Shown piece after piece: positions 10,941 to 20,762 of a stretch of DNA of 64,000 nt (within the stretch, counting starts at the first letter, position 1; each line of letters starts with the position of its first letter). The notes under the pieces were generated by a model. It was not told the origin of the DNA. It searched no databases and was given only the letters and a program-made list of their open reading frames with translations. Position numbers and translations under genes: made by a program. The DNA is from an uncultured Rickettsiales bacterium (lineage in GTDB: Bacteria > Pseudomonadota > Alphaproteobacteria > Rickettsiales > UBA1997): assembly GCA_934747265.1 (NCBI GenBank), contig CAKVGI010000002.1, forward strand, positions 34,282 to 98,281, written 5' to 3'.

Positions 10941-11759
10941 GTGGAAGCAAAAGCATTTGTTTTGATGCCGTATTATAGGACTAGGAGTGGTTTATTTGAA
11001 AAATCACTCACTAGTTTTCTAGAACAAGATTATCAAAATAAAAAATTAGTTATTTATGTTGATAACGAGATAAGTTGTGAGAAAGAACTTATAGGAATTT
11101 TAGAAGGGTTAAATAAAGAGCAAAAGAAACAAATTACTTTAATTGGTGGAAAGGGACATATTGGCGTTGCAAAAGCTAGAAATGAGTTATTACAATATGT
11201 TAAAGGACATGCTAGCGATGATGATTACATCTTTCTGTTGGATTCGGATGATGAGTATACTGATAACGAGGTTATTTCTAGGATTATTCACAGTATGACT
11301 AAACATAAAGCTGATGTTGCTGTATTAAATTTTAAATATGGTTTTTTTGATGGAAAGACAGAGGATGCTGGATTAAAAAAGACAAGAGAAGAAACTAGTG
11401 CTATTGCGCAAAAATATTCAGAACCACATTTTTTTGAACCATCAAAAGATTTATCAACTTTAACTAGTTTGGGTTGGACTAGAGTCTATAAAGGTAAAAT
11501 ATTTAAGGAATTACCAATAGTTAAAAATACGGGTAAGTATGAGGATTTTGTTTATATGGCGCCTTTTTGTTTTGATAATATAAAAGTTGTTGGCGTTACA
11601 ATACCGAGTATAAAATTTAACAAATATTCTTCATCAACAACTTCCATGAGAACCGAAAAAGATTGTGAAGACGTAGTTGATAGATTAAATGAACTTAAAA
11701 CATCTTATACAAAAATGTGTGCAGAGATGGAGAAAAAATTACCGATCTATAAAAAATAA
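10941..11759 (+). CDS. glycosyltransferase family 2
   Basis: GT-A fold signatures: LMPYYRT...SLTSFLEQDY and the acidic LDSDDEY motif. GTG start as given in the ORF track. Confidence 0.6.
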   Translation: MEAKAFVLMPYYRTRSGLFEKSLTSFLEQDYQNKKLVIYVDNEISCEKELIGILEGLNKEQKKQITLIGGKGHIGVAKARNELLQYVKGHASDDDYIFLLDSDDEYTDNEVISRIIHSMTKHKADVAVLNFKYGFFDGKTEDAGLKKTREETSAIAQKYSEPHFFEPSKDLSTLTSLGWTRVYKGKIFKELPIVKNTGKYEDFVYMAPFCFDNIKVVGVTIPSIKFNKYSSSTTSMRTEKDCEDVVDRLNELKTSYTKMCAEMEKKLPIYKK

Positions 11760-11910
11760 TTTTTTCTAAATGTTTGGAGGATTTTATTAACACAAAATTA
11801 GAACAGTATAGAATAATTTTTGAAAATTATGATAATTCGCATAAAACGCAATTATATAAAAAATTTTTGGAGGCTATTAATAATAAAATGACAGTAAAGG
11901 AGAAAAAACA

Positions 11911-12693
11911 ATGTCAAATGTAATTACAATGATACCTGTTAGAATGAAGGCATCAAGATTGCCAAATAAGCCATTACTTGACGTTAATGGTAAAACGGTT
12001 TTACAAAGAGTTTGCGAGAATGTTAAAAAATATATTACTGGTGATATTTATGTTGCAGCAGGTGATCAAGTTATAGTTGATGCATGTAAAGAATACGGTG
12101 TACCAGCTATTTTAACGGATCCAACTTTGCCATCAGGGACCGATAGAATTGCTAGTGCATTAAAACAAATTGATCCAACTGGCAAGAAATATGATATAGT
12201 TGTAAATTTCCAAGGTGATGGCTTGAACGTTGATCCAAGAGTTAATTTACCGCTTATAGACATGGTTGATAAAGGTCTTTGTGATATAGGTACTTGTGGT
12301 ATGATTTTCAAAACCAAAGAAGAATCTGATAATCCAACAAATGTAAAAATTGTTATGGGTTTGAGAGAAGGTGAAAAGGAAGGTAGAGCTTTATATTTTA
12401 CAAGAGCTCCAAATTGTCCTTTCACAAGAGATCCAGATGAAACTAAAAATCAAGACTTATATCATCACATCGGTATTTATGTTTATTCTGCTGAATCATT
12501 GAGAAGAATGGTATCACTACCTGTTGGTGTTCTTGAAGCAAGAGAAAAACTTGAACAATTAAGAGCATTAGAAGATGGTATGGTAATTAGAGCAAGGATT
12601 ATTACAAGAGAAGAAATGAAATTAGTTGTAGATGCTCCTGCGGATGTTAACACACCTGCCGAATTAGAAGAAGCTAGAAAATATATTAAATAA
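11911..12693 (+). CDS. kdsB: 3-deoxy-manno-octulosonate cytidylyltransferase (CMP-Kdo synthetase)
   Basis: N-terminal IPVRMKASRLPNKPL, GTDR, NFQGD and EQLRALE motifs typical of KdsB. A GGAG SD lies upstream. Confidence 0.85.
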   Translation: MSNVITMIPVRMKASRLPNKPLLDVNGKTVLQRVCENVKKYITGDIYVAAGDQVIVDACKEYGVPAILTDPTLPSGTDRIASALKQIDPTGKKYDIVVNFQGDGLNVDPRVNLPLIDMVDKGLCDIGTCGMIFKTKEESDNPTNVKIVMGLREGEKEGRALYFTRAPNCPFTRDPDETKNQDLYHHIGIYVYSAESLRRMVSLPVGVLEAREKLEQLRALEDGMVIRARIITREEMKLVVDAPADVNTPAELEEARKYIK

Positions 12694-12717
12694 TTATATT
12701 ACATATATTTTGTTTTA

Positions 12718-12748
12718 AGCGTTCGCAAAATTGTGAGCGCTTATTTTT
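12718..12748 (+). terminator. rho-independent terminator after kdsB
   Basis: AGCGTTCGCA-AAAT-TGTGAGCGCT forms a 10-bp stem (two G-U pairs), followed by TATTTTT. Confidence 0.6.
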
Positions 12749-12789
12749 GTTGTAGTGAATAAATAATTTTAAAACATTATAAATAATAT

Positions 12790-13581
12790 TTATTTTGTTA
12801 ATCGGATGTAATCTTCAAGATTCAATTCCTCAGCTCTCTTATTTAAATCTAATTTTTCAATAGATTCTGCTGATATTGTGTTATTTTTTAGCAATAAATC
12901 AATAGCGCCTTTAATCTTTTTTCTTCTTTGGTTAAACAAAACTAAGGTAATATTTGATAATTTCTCAATATTTATATTTTGGTTTAATTTTGGTTTAATA
13001 TAAACAACCGATGACATAACTTTTGGTGGCGGAATAAATGAGGTTGGTTTTACATCAAAAGCTTTTTTTACATCACACAAAGCCTGAACTATAATTGATA
13101 ATCTTCCGTATGACTTTGTACAAGGGGAAGCAATTATTCTATCAACAACCTCCTTTTGTAATAACAAAGTAAAACTCTCAAATATTTTAATATTTTTCAT
13201 CCATTTTATTAATAAACTGGTTCCAATATTATATGGTAAATTCGCAATAATATTTATATTATTTTGAAAATAATCATTTTCATTTATTTTTAGAGCGTCT
13301 ACATTTATTACTTTAAAATTATTATATTTCGCAAACTCTTTCTGTAAAATATTAAATAAATTATTGTCTATTTCAACCGAGATTAATTTTTTGGGCTCTT
13401 TTTTTAGAATTGAATAGGTAAGGCCACCAGGACCAGAACCTATTTCTAATATATTTTTATTTTTAATATCGCCGGCTACATTAACTATTTTGTCCAATAT
13501 AATTTCATCAGTCAAAAAATTTTGTCCAAATTTTTTCTTTGTAATAAGATTATATTTTTTTATAATATCTACAATATTCAT
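12790..13581 (-). CDS. rsmA: 16S rRNA (adenine1518/1519-N6)-dimethyltransferase RsmA/KsgA
   Basis: FGQNFL, SAM-binding EIGSGPGGLT, and NLPYNI motifs. It lies 6 nt downstream of the T4SS virB6 paralog. Confidence 0.9.
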   Translation of the reverse strand: MNIVDIIKKYNLITKKKFGQNFLTDEIILDKIVNVAGDIKNKNILEIGSGPGGLTYSILKKEPKKLISVEIDNNLFNILQKEFAKYNNFKVINVDALKINENDYFQNNINIIANLPYNIGTSLLIKWMKNIKIFESFTLLLQKEVVDRIIASPCTKSYGRLSIIVQALCDVKKAFDVKPTSFIPPPKVMSSVVYIKPKLNQNINIEKLSNITLVLFNQRRKKIKGAIDLLLKNNTISAESIEKLDLNKRAEELNLEDYIRLTK

Positions 13582-13587
13582 ATAAAA

Positions 13588-16500
13588 TTATTTATCATCA
13601 TTTTTTATATCGTGTCGGAATCTTGTTCTTCTTCCCCATAATTTTGCATATTTATGTTCATTTATGCCCATTTCTTTATCTCTATTATTTTCAGCAATTG
13701 TTCTAAGTCCTTCAGTAGCCTTCCAAGTATTCCATCTGCGTCCCCAATTCTCACCAATTTTAAATTTTGTTCCATCTCGTCCATTGTCAACACGAGTAAA
13801 ATCATCTTTGATTCCTCTTCCTACATTTGCTATACCTTTTCCTAACCGTAATGCATCTCTTCCAGTTTTCTTTACTAAGGCATTTGACATCATTCTGCCA
13901 CCCTGAATTATATTGTTGGTAGCATTCATTCCTTTATAGGCTGTGAACATAGAATTAAATACGCCAACCTTTGAGCTAAGAGTTGATGGGCTATCAGCTA
14001 TTTTTTCAGCTATATCTGGTATTTTACTTAGGAAATTATAGAAAACAGCTAACACTATTACAAAACTAAGTATCGAAAGGAAAAAGTTGGCAAAACCATT
14101 ATTTCCTATATTTTCTGTTAAATAATATAGATTACCAAATCCTAGAACTCCCAAGATATCCTTTCCAATTGTTTGGGAAAGATTATCTGTTTCTGAATGA
14201 CTTAACATTGTTGGGGCAAACAAACACAAAATGCTTGTACCGGCATCCGTTGGGCAATGTAATTCTGGATTTCTTCCTGTTTCTGGATTATGGTTTATAT
14301 ATTCAGCTCCGCCAAGTCCAACTCTATCAATTGTTCCTATAAAAAATCCAGCAAAAATTAATATTACAACTAGTTGTAAACAAAAACCCATTATAGATTT
14401 TAACCACTCATCAAATATACCTTTGTATTTATCAAATAATAAAGCTGGGAATATAATTGGACTTACAAAGACTAATACATTTATAGCTAAAATGTTAACT
14501 ATGAAAAAATAAAATATTTTAAATACTATTGCAAACAGCAAGAAGAATAATGTAAATCCAAGAAGAAGAATAAATATTCCCACAGGTGCAGATACAAAAA
14601 GTACTACAAGTATAAGAACTATATGAATTCCAGTAAGTTGAGCACTTGTATGTAAATAATTGGATAATTTGCAATCTAGACTATCAAATATAGATAAGTA
14701 TTCTTTACCTTCTGGATATTTAGCATCTCCGAAATAACAACCATCATAAGTACGACCATAATCATAATTTGATGTAGTGATATTTTTACAATTAGTGTAA
14801 TATACATATTCAACTTCATATTGTTCTTTATTATTTTTTATAATATTGGTTGTTGTAAGAGATTTTTTTACTACATTTGGTTGATATTTCTCGTTTAGTA
14901 CGAGAGTTTTAGCATATTTATCTGTTATTAGTTGATTTTCTTTTTCTTTGCCTTTTGTTATTATTTTCTTTTCCTTACTTTGATCCCTACCTTTATTTAT
15001 ACATCCGGTATAATATATTTTAATTTCAGTCATCCCATCTGGACTGGAAGTTTTACTAATAGTAAATTTTTGTTTTTCTTTTGGTGATATTGTTCCAAGC
15101 TCTTTATTTGTTATATTAACTTGTTTCGCTTCTGATGTTGTTTCACGATGCATGGTATTATTTGCTAATAAAATTTTTTTTGTGGTTTCTGTTACCTTAT
15201 TACATGTAAAATTATAAACAAGATCGGTATTATGAAGCTCTTTTCTAACATTGCAATATACATCTTTATGTTGTGTTTTTCCCTCCGCATCCAACATTGA
15301 TAAGCTAAAAGCCTTTTGATATGAGTACTTCATTGCTGTATCCAACCATTTATAAAAATAAGCTTGCCAAGCATTACCAATAGAAAAATATATTACTATT
15401 ACAAATTTTAGCATACCAACCACTAATGCCTTTCCATGTTTAACATCAAAAATATCTAATTCACCCTTTATTAAAAATTTAAAAGAAATGATGGCTATTG
15501 CTATTACCATAGCGGTTTTAATTATATTTTGTACTCCTGCCTGAATTTTACGAAATATATTATATTTATTTGGAAGTTCTTCCCCAATTATATAATGATA
15601 GGCGTTGTAAATTCCTTTATATTCTGCATTATATTTCTCATGCCTAATATTTTCTGGTATATTAAAAGTATCCGTTCCACATAGTCCTTCACTATTAACA
15701 GATTCATCCGGATCTTTACAACTACTCATACCAGCCTTATTTAAAAACATATTATTTATAGTCTCATACATGCATTCGGCTATTGGTGTTGTAAAGCTTT
15801 TATTTTTTTCGGTAGTATATTGTGAAGACGTTCTAGAAAAATCAAAACATACAGGAGGAGAGAATCTATTATTTATAAAACTATTGGCGGATAGACCTGC
15901 ATAACTAACTGGTTCAGTACTATTTTCCGTACAATGTACATTATACGTACAGAAATTTTTTGTCATACCATAAGCAGGAGTTGCTTTTTTATATTGTGAA
16001 TTATTGCTCCATATTTTATTCTTATCGTCTCCATAATCTTTATACCAATCATACGCAGAATTAAGTGCGTTTGGTTTATATTCATTTGGACTTTTACAAT
16101 TATCATAATCTCCATCACAATAAAGATCCTTTATTTCTGTTCCTCTCAGTAAGTTAAAATTATATGGAGCAAGATTTGTTGTTTTTACACAAATTTTATC
16201 TTCATTATTTATTATTTCTCCATTTTTATCTTTTTTATAAGAAGAGTTATCATCTAATTTTCCGTAATATGATGTTAAATCTATACGATTATTACCAGCA
16301 TATATTGTACATTTATTGCTATTAGTTTTATTATAATTAGAACAAAAAGCGATACTTTTTGTCTTTTCAAGGTCATGACGACTAAATCTTTCACGTCTAC
16401 TATTTTTATAGTTTAAATCCGCTGGTGTTGTATAATAAATGCATACACCTCCATTTCTTCTGCGCTCACAACACTGTTTTGCTAAATGAAATAATTTTTT

Positions 16501-17598
16501 ACATTTTTGTGGATCTGAAATTGTGTTTCCATTTTTATCAACGCAAGTTTTATTGCCTTTATAAATAAATCTATCACAAGCGTAATTAGCTTTTAATTTT
16601 CCTCTAAAATAGTATCTTTGTTCTGTACCATAATATCCTTTATTGCTTGGTATTCTAGGATCAAAACAGCCATCACCTTTATTGTATACTGATTCTATGC
16701 TATCATAATTCTTGTCAATTTCATTAGCAACAATTGGAATTTCAAATTCCATTCCACCATAAGAGTGTTCTCTATAAAATTTATTTTTAATATTTTGTGT
16801 ATTTTTTTTAATATTATCACATTCTGTTGAATCGGCATTTTGTTTTTCGCAATATTCATCACCTAATAACAGTGAAGGAAAACACTTTTTTCTAAAATCA
16901 TCACAATCACTTGTATTAAGCTTACTACCAGATAAACAACTAGCATTATATGTATCTTCGCAAGTATATTCACCAGATAATACTTTATTTAATATATATT
17001 CATAAGAATTTGAATAAGCTCCATAAATAGGATACCAATGTTTTGTATTTTTATAATTTTGTATTAAGTTTGATTCATATACAAAGTTATTCCATCCATC
17101 ACCACATAATTTAATATTATTAATATAATCTCCTATATTGTTGGAAGCGGTTAAATTTCCTTGTCCTCCTACGTCATTTTTATCTGGTAGAACATCTTTG
17201 CAGTATAATGGTATATTACCATCTTCGTCTTTTTGTAAGGTATCTAACGAACTATAACTAACATTAATAAAACTATTTGATTCTCCTGTTGCCTTTAAAG
17301 ATGGTTCGCTATAATTATTGCTTTGGCATTTTCCTATATAATCCAAATCATTATCCAAAGTCAAGTTTGCATCATTCTTTTTTCTATATAAATCTGTACA
17401 TTTTTTTACGTATCTGGTGTTTGTATATTTTTCTTCTGATGTTAGATTTAATTTTGTTGTATTTTCGCTTGTTCCTTCTCCTGTCCCTTCTGAACCTTCT
17501 GCAAAAATTACATTAGTATTGAGAAAAAATGCACACATAGCAATTAAAAATAAATTTGCTATATATTTTAAGAAAAACTTCTTTTTATTTTTATCCAT
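13588..17598 (-). CDS. virB6: giant VirB6/TrbL-family type IV secretion inner-membrane protein (rvhB6-like paralog 2)
   Basis: Signal peptide, then a Cys-rich hydrophilic N-region of about 650 aa. A polytopic VirB6-type core follows (LLFDKYKGIFDEWLKSIMGFCLQLVVILIF), then a basic hydrophilic tail. The start is set at ATG 17598 (MDKNKKK), which has a GGAG 6 nt upstream. Confidence 0.7.
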   Translation of the reverse strand: MDKNKKKFFLKYIANLFLIAMCAFFLNTNVIFAEGSEGTGEGTSENTTKLNLTSEEKYTNTRYVKKCTDLYRKKNDANLTLDNDLDYIGKCQSNNYSEPSLKATGESNSFINVSYSSLDTLQKDEDGNIPLYCKDVLPDKNDVGGQGNLTASNNIGDYINNIKLCGDGWNNFVYESNLIQNYKNTKHWYPIYGAYSNSYEYILNKVLSGEYTCEDTYNASCLSGSKLNTSDCDDFRKKCFPSLLLGDEYCEKQNADSTECDNIKKNTQNIKNKFYREHSYGGMEFEIPIVANEIDKNYDSIESVYNKGDGCFDPRIPSNKGYYGTEQRYYFRGKLKANYACDRFIYKGNKTCVDKNGNTISDPQKCKKLFHLAKQCCERRRNGGVCIYYTTPADLNYKNSRRERFSRHDLEKTKSIAFCSNYNKTNSNKCTIYAGNNRIDLTSYYGKLDDNSSYKKDKNGEIINNEDKICVKTTNLAPYNFNLLRGTEIKDLYCDGDYDNCKSPNEYKPNALNSAYDWYKDYGDDKNKIWSNNSQYKKATPAYGMTKNFCTYNVHCTENSTEPVSYAGLSANSFINNRFSPPVCFDFSRTSSQYTTEKNKSFTTPIAECMYETINNMFLNKAGMSSCKDPDESVNSEGLCGTDTFNIPENIRHEKYNAEYKGIYNAYHYIIGEELPNKYNIFRKIQAGVQNIIKTAMVIAIAIISFKFLIKGELDIFDVKHGKALVVGMLKFVIVIYFSIGNAWQAYFYKWLDTAMKYSYQKAFSLSMLDAEGKTQHKDVYCNVRKELHNTDLVYNFTCNKVTETTKKILLANNTMHRETTSEAKQVNITNKELGTISPKEKQKFTISKTSSPDGMTEIKIYYTGCINKGRDQSKEKKIITKGKEKENQLITDKYAKTLVLNEKYQPNVVKKSLTTTNIIKNNKEQYEVEYVYYTNCKNITTSNYDYGRTYDGCYFGDAKYPEGKEYLSIFDSLDCKLSNYLHTSAQLTGIHIVLILVVLFVSAPVGIFILLLGFTLFFLLFAIVFKIFYFFIVNILAINVLVFVSPIIFPALLFDKYKGIFDEWLKSIMGFCLQLVVILIFAGFFIGTIDRVGLGGAEYINHNPETGRNPELHCPTDAGTSILCLFAPTMLSHSETDNLSQTIGKDILGVLGFGNLYYLTENIGNNGFANFFLSILSFVIVLAVFYNFLSKIPDIAEKIADSPSTLSSKVGVFNSMFTAYKGMNATNNIIQGGRMMSNALVKKTGRDALRLGKGIANVGRGIKDDFTRVDNGRDGTKFKIGENWGRRWNTWKATEGLRTIAENNRDKEMGINEHKYAKLWGRRTRFRHDIKNDDK

Positions 17599-17669
17599 TT
17601 TGTACTCCATACATTTTATAAAAAAATACCACAAAAAATATTATTTTTCAATAAATTTTGTACATAATT

Positions 17670-20600
17670 TTATTTATTCTTGGTCTGTCTATTTTTTTTG
17701 GCTTGATGTTTTTTATGTAAATCACCAACTCCTTTACCAATGTCGCCAAATAATTTAAATACAGCTTTTGCAGCTAATCGTTTAACACCCTTTACAAAAC
17801 TACCTATCTTACCAGCAATCGTAAATGGATCCGCACTTACAGAAGAACCAGGTACACCAGAACCACCAGTTAAAACAGAAGCTATTCCGGGAATTGTATT
17901 TAATAAATTATTTAAAATAAATAGCAAAAATGCTAATCTTAAGAATGTTGTAATGTCATTGGCGAATATATCAACTATTTTTGGAATACCAAAAAACCAT
18001 CCTCTTTCTGTTGTAACATTATTTATAAAACATAGTATACTGTTTCTTTTTATTTTTGTAATTTCATCATTTTCTCCCAAGGTACATCCATCTTTGCTAA
18101 CATTAACAAATATTTTATTTAATTTTTGTGCTTTTTTAAGCAGGTCTGTTTCTTTTTCTGCATCTTCAATTGTTTCTTTTACACCATACTTATTATTTGT
18201 ATAAGCTTTAATACTACCGGTTTTTTTGTCTTTGCAAACATATCCACATACCAAATCTTTATACGGTGCATTTCCAGTAAAAATACCGTCTCCTAGCGTA
18301 AAGTTATCTATAATCATAATTGAAATAGATATATAAGCTACTAATATCATAGGTTGCAATGCAAAACCCAGTAAATTTTTTAGCCATTTATCAAATATTT
18401 TTTTCGTTTTATCAAACAATATTGTTGGTATTATTAAAGGAGCTAAAAATAGCAACATAGTCATAGCTATTGTGGCGCCAGCAAAAAAGTAAACAACTTT
18501 TATAATAAAATTAAATAAAAGTAAAGCAATTAATATTGAAGATATAGCAATATATATTATTATACTGAACGGCCATATTAATGCTGAACCTATTAAACCA
18601 AAAAAAGATCCAAGATTTCCACTACCTGTTTTGACATCTCTATACCCAAAATATTTTGCCATTTTACAATCAAGAGTATCAAAGAATGCAATATATTTTC
18701 TTCCAGCTGGATATTTGTCATATCTATTATCATTATATTTTTGAGCCGCTTCTTGAACCTCTGAAGTTGCGCTTGATGGTATAATATCATTAATATTTCC
18801 GAAGAAGCAACCATCATCTTTAATAAAATTACCATTTTGATCAACGGTAGTTTCAAAGCCAATTTTAGATACAGCATTAGAAAACGTTTCTGATAAACTA
18901 TATGTAAAATTGAATAACATATCGTACCAAAACGTACTATTAATTAATGTCACAACAACTGCAATTTTAAGCATCATAATAATAAAATCACCTCTACCGC
19001 CAAGTTTTCCTCCTTTAAATAAGACATTGTATCCATATAAAGTAATCATTAATGAAGCTGCAACCATAACGGAATTATGAATAAATTTTATTAATTTATT
19101 TAAAGGTCTTTCATGGTCAGAATCATCATATTCAGTTATAACTTGACCAATTTTATATTTATACTTACCATCTGAACATTCTTCATTTTCATCTGGCATC
19201 AATTCTGCATTTTCACACTTAGTGTGTCCAGCTCTATTAAATAGAAAGTTTTTCATAGTTTCTGTAAAACATTCAACAGCAGGAGCTGAAAGAGAAAATT
19301 TATATAAGAAAGGCAATCTGTCATATCCACTATAAGATGCATATCCATAAGTATTATGAGAACTTCCAACAAAGTTCATACAAGCTTTATCCAAAAATGG
19401 AGAATAAGAGTTTGTAAGAACAAGTTCATTATATTTTTCATCTTCTATAATTGTACAATGTCTGCGGTACTGAGAAAAGTTTTTAATTTTACCATAACAA
19501 GTTTTATAAAACTCATAAGTTGTTTCTTTGGTTTTTTCATCGGTTTCTTCACTTTTTATACAATCATCTTCAAAAGTAAATCTGCAATATTCTTCTTGCG
19601 AAGAGTTCAAACATTGATTGTACTCTTCTTCATTTTTTATTTTTCTCTCAAAAATATGAGCTTGTTCTGTACCACTTTCAATATTAAAATTGTATGGACA
19701 AAGATTATATGTTGAAGCGCAATAATACACTGTTTTATCACTTTCATCTATTGATTCTTTAATTAATAATTCAATATCATCAATCTTACATTTTTGGTTA
19801 TTCGCTTTTGGTGAACAAAGTGCAAAGATATTTTTTTGATTATGTTTAATACATATATTTTTGGAAGCTTCTTTACAACAATTATAAGCTTCATCAAATT
19901 CATCACCAACATTTTTTCTGTAAAATAAAAATCTATCACAAGCATAATTTGCGGATTTAAGTCCTCTGAAATAATAGAGTTGTCTAGGTAATTGACCACT
20001 TTCAAGATTTGCATTAACATCATACTTTAATGCCTCTGGTCTTGGATCTTTACAATCGCCTACCGCTATTTCTTCACCATCATATAAATTTTCTCTGTAT
20101 ATTTTATCATTTATGGTAAAATTTCCTATATCATTACCAAACGGAATACAAGTATTGCCTTTTTTATTTTTACATTGTATGTTAGCGCAATCATTTTTAT
20201 TGTTTAAACATTTTAACACTTCATATTTATATGAACCATTAAAGGCGCCCAATTCTGGATAATAATCTCTAATTTCTGTATATTTATTACAAGCGCTTGC
20301 TTCTGCTCCACAACCACCATTTTTTTCAATTTCTTCAACAACTTCTTGGTTTCCCCAAGTTAACCAATCAGAACCGCAAACTGTAAGAACATATTTTTTT
20401 TTGCCACTTTTTCCATACATATATCTATTATTTGCTCTTATCCTTTGAACAAGTCTAGCTGGGTCGCCTGGAGTTGCTAAATCAGTGTTAAAAATAATAT
20501 GACAATATATATTTGATACATTATGAAAATAATCATCTGTAATATTTTCCTTAATATCCTCTTCACCTTCACTTTTTTTTAATGCTGAACTGAATTTAGT

Positions 20601-20762
20601 ACTATGACTTTGTTTATCATACTCTACGTTATATTTTGTATACAAAATATAATCTTTAAGACTATCATACGCAAAGCCAATAAAACCTGCAAAACTACTT
20701 TTTGTAAAAGTTATTGACATAAAAAAAGTAATAACAAAATATTTTAAAAACCCATTTTTCAT
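17670..20762 (-). CDS. virB6: giant VirB6/TrbL-family type IV secretion inner-membrane protein (rvhB6-like paralog 1)
   Basis: Same architecture as the downstream paralog. Shared motifs are YYFRGLKSANYACDRF, LCPYNFNI, NFLFNRAGH and ILFDKTKKIFDKWLKNLLGFALQ. Its start overlaps the virB4 stop (ATGA). Confidence 0.7.
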   Translation of the reverse strand: MKNGFLKYFVITFFMSITFTKSSFAGFIGFAYDSLKDYILYTKYNVEYDKQSHSTKFSSALKKSEGEEDIKENITDDYFHNVSNIYCHIIFNTDLATPGDPARLVQRIRANNRYMYGKSGKKKYVLTVCGSDWLTWGNQEVVEEIEKNGGCGAEASACNKYTEIRDYYPELGAFNGSYKYEVLKCLNNKNDCANIQCKNKKGNTCIPFGNDIGNFTINDKIYRENLYDGEEIAVGDCKDPRPEALKYDVNANLESGQLPRQLYYFRGLKSANYACDRFLFYRKNVGDEFDEAYNCCKEASKNICIKHNQKNIFALCSPKANNQKCKIDDIELLIKESIDESDKTVYYCASTYNLCPYNFNIESGTEQAHIFERKIKNEEEYNQCLNSSQEEYCRFTFEDDCIKSEETDEKTKETTYEFYKTCYGKIKNFSQYRRHCTIIEDEKYNELVLTNSYSPFLDKACMNFVGSSHNTYGYASYSGYDRLPFLYKFSLSAPAVECFTETMKNFLFNRAGHTKCENAELMPDENEECSDGKYKYKIGQVITEYDDSDHERPLNKLIKFIHNSVMVAASLMITLYGYNVLFKGGKLGGRGDFIIMMLKIAVVVTLINSTFWYDMLFNFTYSLSETFSNAVSKIGFETTVDQNGNFIKDDGCFFGNINDIIPSSATSEVQEAAQKYNDNRYDKYPAGRKYIAFFDTLDCKMAKYFGYRDVKTGSGNLGSFFGLIGSALIWPFSIIIYIAISSILIALLLFNFIIKVVYFFAGATIAMTMLLFLAPLIIPTILFDKTKKIFDKWLKNLLGFALQPMILVAYISISIMIIDNFTLGDGIFTGNAPYKDLVCGYVCKDKKTGSIKAYTNNKYGVKETIEDAEKETDLLKKAQKLNKIFVNVSKDGCTLGENDEITKIKRNSILCFINNVTTERGWFFGIPKIVDIFANDITTFLRLAFLLFILNNLLNTIPGIASVLTGGSGVPGSSVSADPFTIAGKIGSFVKGVKRLAAKAVFKLFGDIGKGVGDLHKKHQAKKNRQTKNK

